The translations under genes were made by a program, and so were the position numbers. A DNA stretch of 63,824 bases, filler included, from Hyphochytrium catenoides (Eukaryota > Protista > Hyphochytriomycota), in NCBI GenBank assembly GCA_900088475.1. It is 7 parts of 7 records of this genome, joined end to end, with 100 filler letters (N's around TTAATTAATTAA, not from the genome) between each part and the next. Parts side by side here need not be neighbours in the genome. Positions count along the whole stretch, not along the records: positions 54,386 to 63,824 come from FLMG01000183.1; 6 more parts are not named here. The stretch is one strand, 5' to 3'. Each line of letters opens with the position of its first letter. Position 1 is the stretch's first letter. Below the pieces are notes generated by a model that was not told the DNA's origin, searched no databases, and worked only from the letters and a program-made list of their open reading frames with translations. Of this stretch, positions 63,408-63,824 are shown piece by piece.

Positions 63408-63439
<32 letters not shown>

Positions 63440-63444
63440 CCCAG

Positions 63445-63720
63445 GAATAACACTGTGGGACCTTGATAAGCGGATGACGCTGCCCATCAACTAAGAGCGT
63501 AACACTTGAAGAATGCACTGTTATTCGACGGAATATACTTCTTCGCAGGTCCAAGTACCTCCCTCGAGTAGTTGTAGAGCCTTTCTCAAAGCTGATCAAC
63601 CACCGCGACAGGTACCATGCGCTGCTGCCACTAGTTCTATTGACCTGGAATCATGAAGATTTCTCTGCGTGGACGAGGATGGGGGATGGGATCAATCAGA
63701 CGGCCACGTAGTTCCATTCG
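63445..63720 (-). pseudogene. Relic reading frame interrupted by TAG/TGA stops
   Basis: MELRGRLIDPIPHPRPRREIFMIPGQ*N*WQQRMVPVAVVDQL*ERLYNYSREVLGPAKKYIP. The stops are consistent with CAG>TAG and CGA>TGA transitions. Confidence 0.3.
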
Positions 63721-63824
63721 CTCGTCCTCTCTGGGAGAGAAAGAGATTGAGTCACCACCTGAGAGAGATATCCCATCCCACATTCGTTTGAGCTCAATGC
63801 GGCCGCTGCTTTTCATTGTTAAAA

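Noticed and set aside
63445-63720. Stop-codon reassignment (TAG=Gln) as the explanation for interrupted frames
   Set aside because: Intact genes here end in TAG, TAA and TGA and contain no internal stops, so mutational decay is the simpler explanation.

Overview
Intron-rich eukaryotic nuclear DNA from a flagellated protist. It carries the ciliary genes CCDC39 and TMEM67; a SAR/stramenopile-like origin is my inference. The window is seven contigs joined by artificial 100-nt N44-TTAATTAATTAA-N44 spacers, several of which hide real coding sequence. Most ORFs in the track are artefacts of (AG)n/(CT)n microsatellites. Genes reconstructed by hand from GT-AG splice sites: an EF-hand/TMEM65 fusion, an RNI-like LRR protein, a PAM2-CUE-CCCH-Smr protein (CID7-like), a membrane-anchored class I cyclic-nucleotide phosphodiesterase, a divergent 1-Cys peroxiredoxin-like protein, an intronless START-like protein, a large LRR protein with five tandem ~65-aa repeats, DENND6 (partial), pyrroline-5-carboxylate reductase, CCDC39 (partial) with an N-terminal extension bearing repeated Trp motifs, TMEM67/meckelin (5' part), an intronless secreted Cys-rich glycoprotein, and a bacterial-type RimJ/RimL GNAT acetyltransferase with introns. 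There is also a decayed tyrosine-recombinase element and several C-to-T-eroded relic regions. Best leads: introns with an (AG)n tract after the donor and a complementary (CT)n tract before the acceptor, the EF-hand TMEM65, and the CCDC39 W-x-R-A-D repeats. All family calls come from motif recognition; no database search was run.
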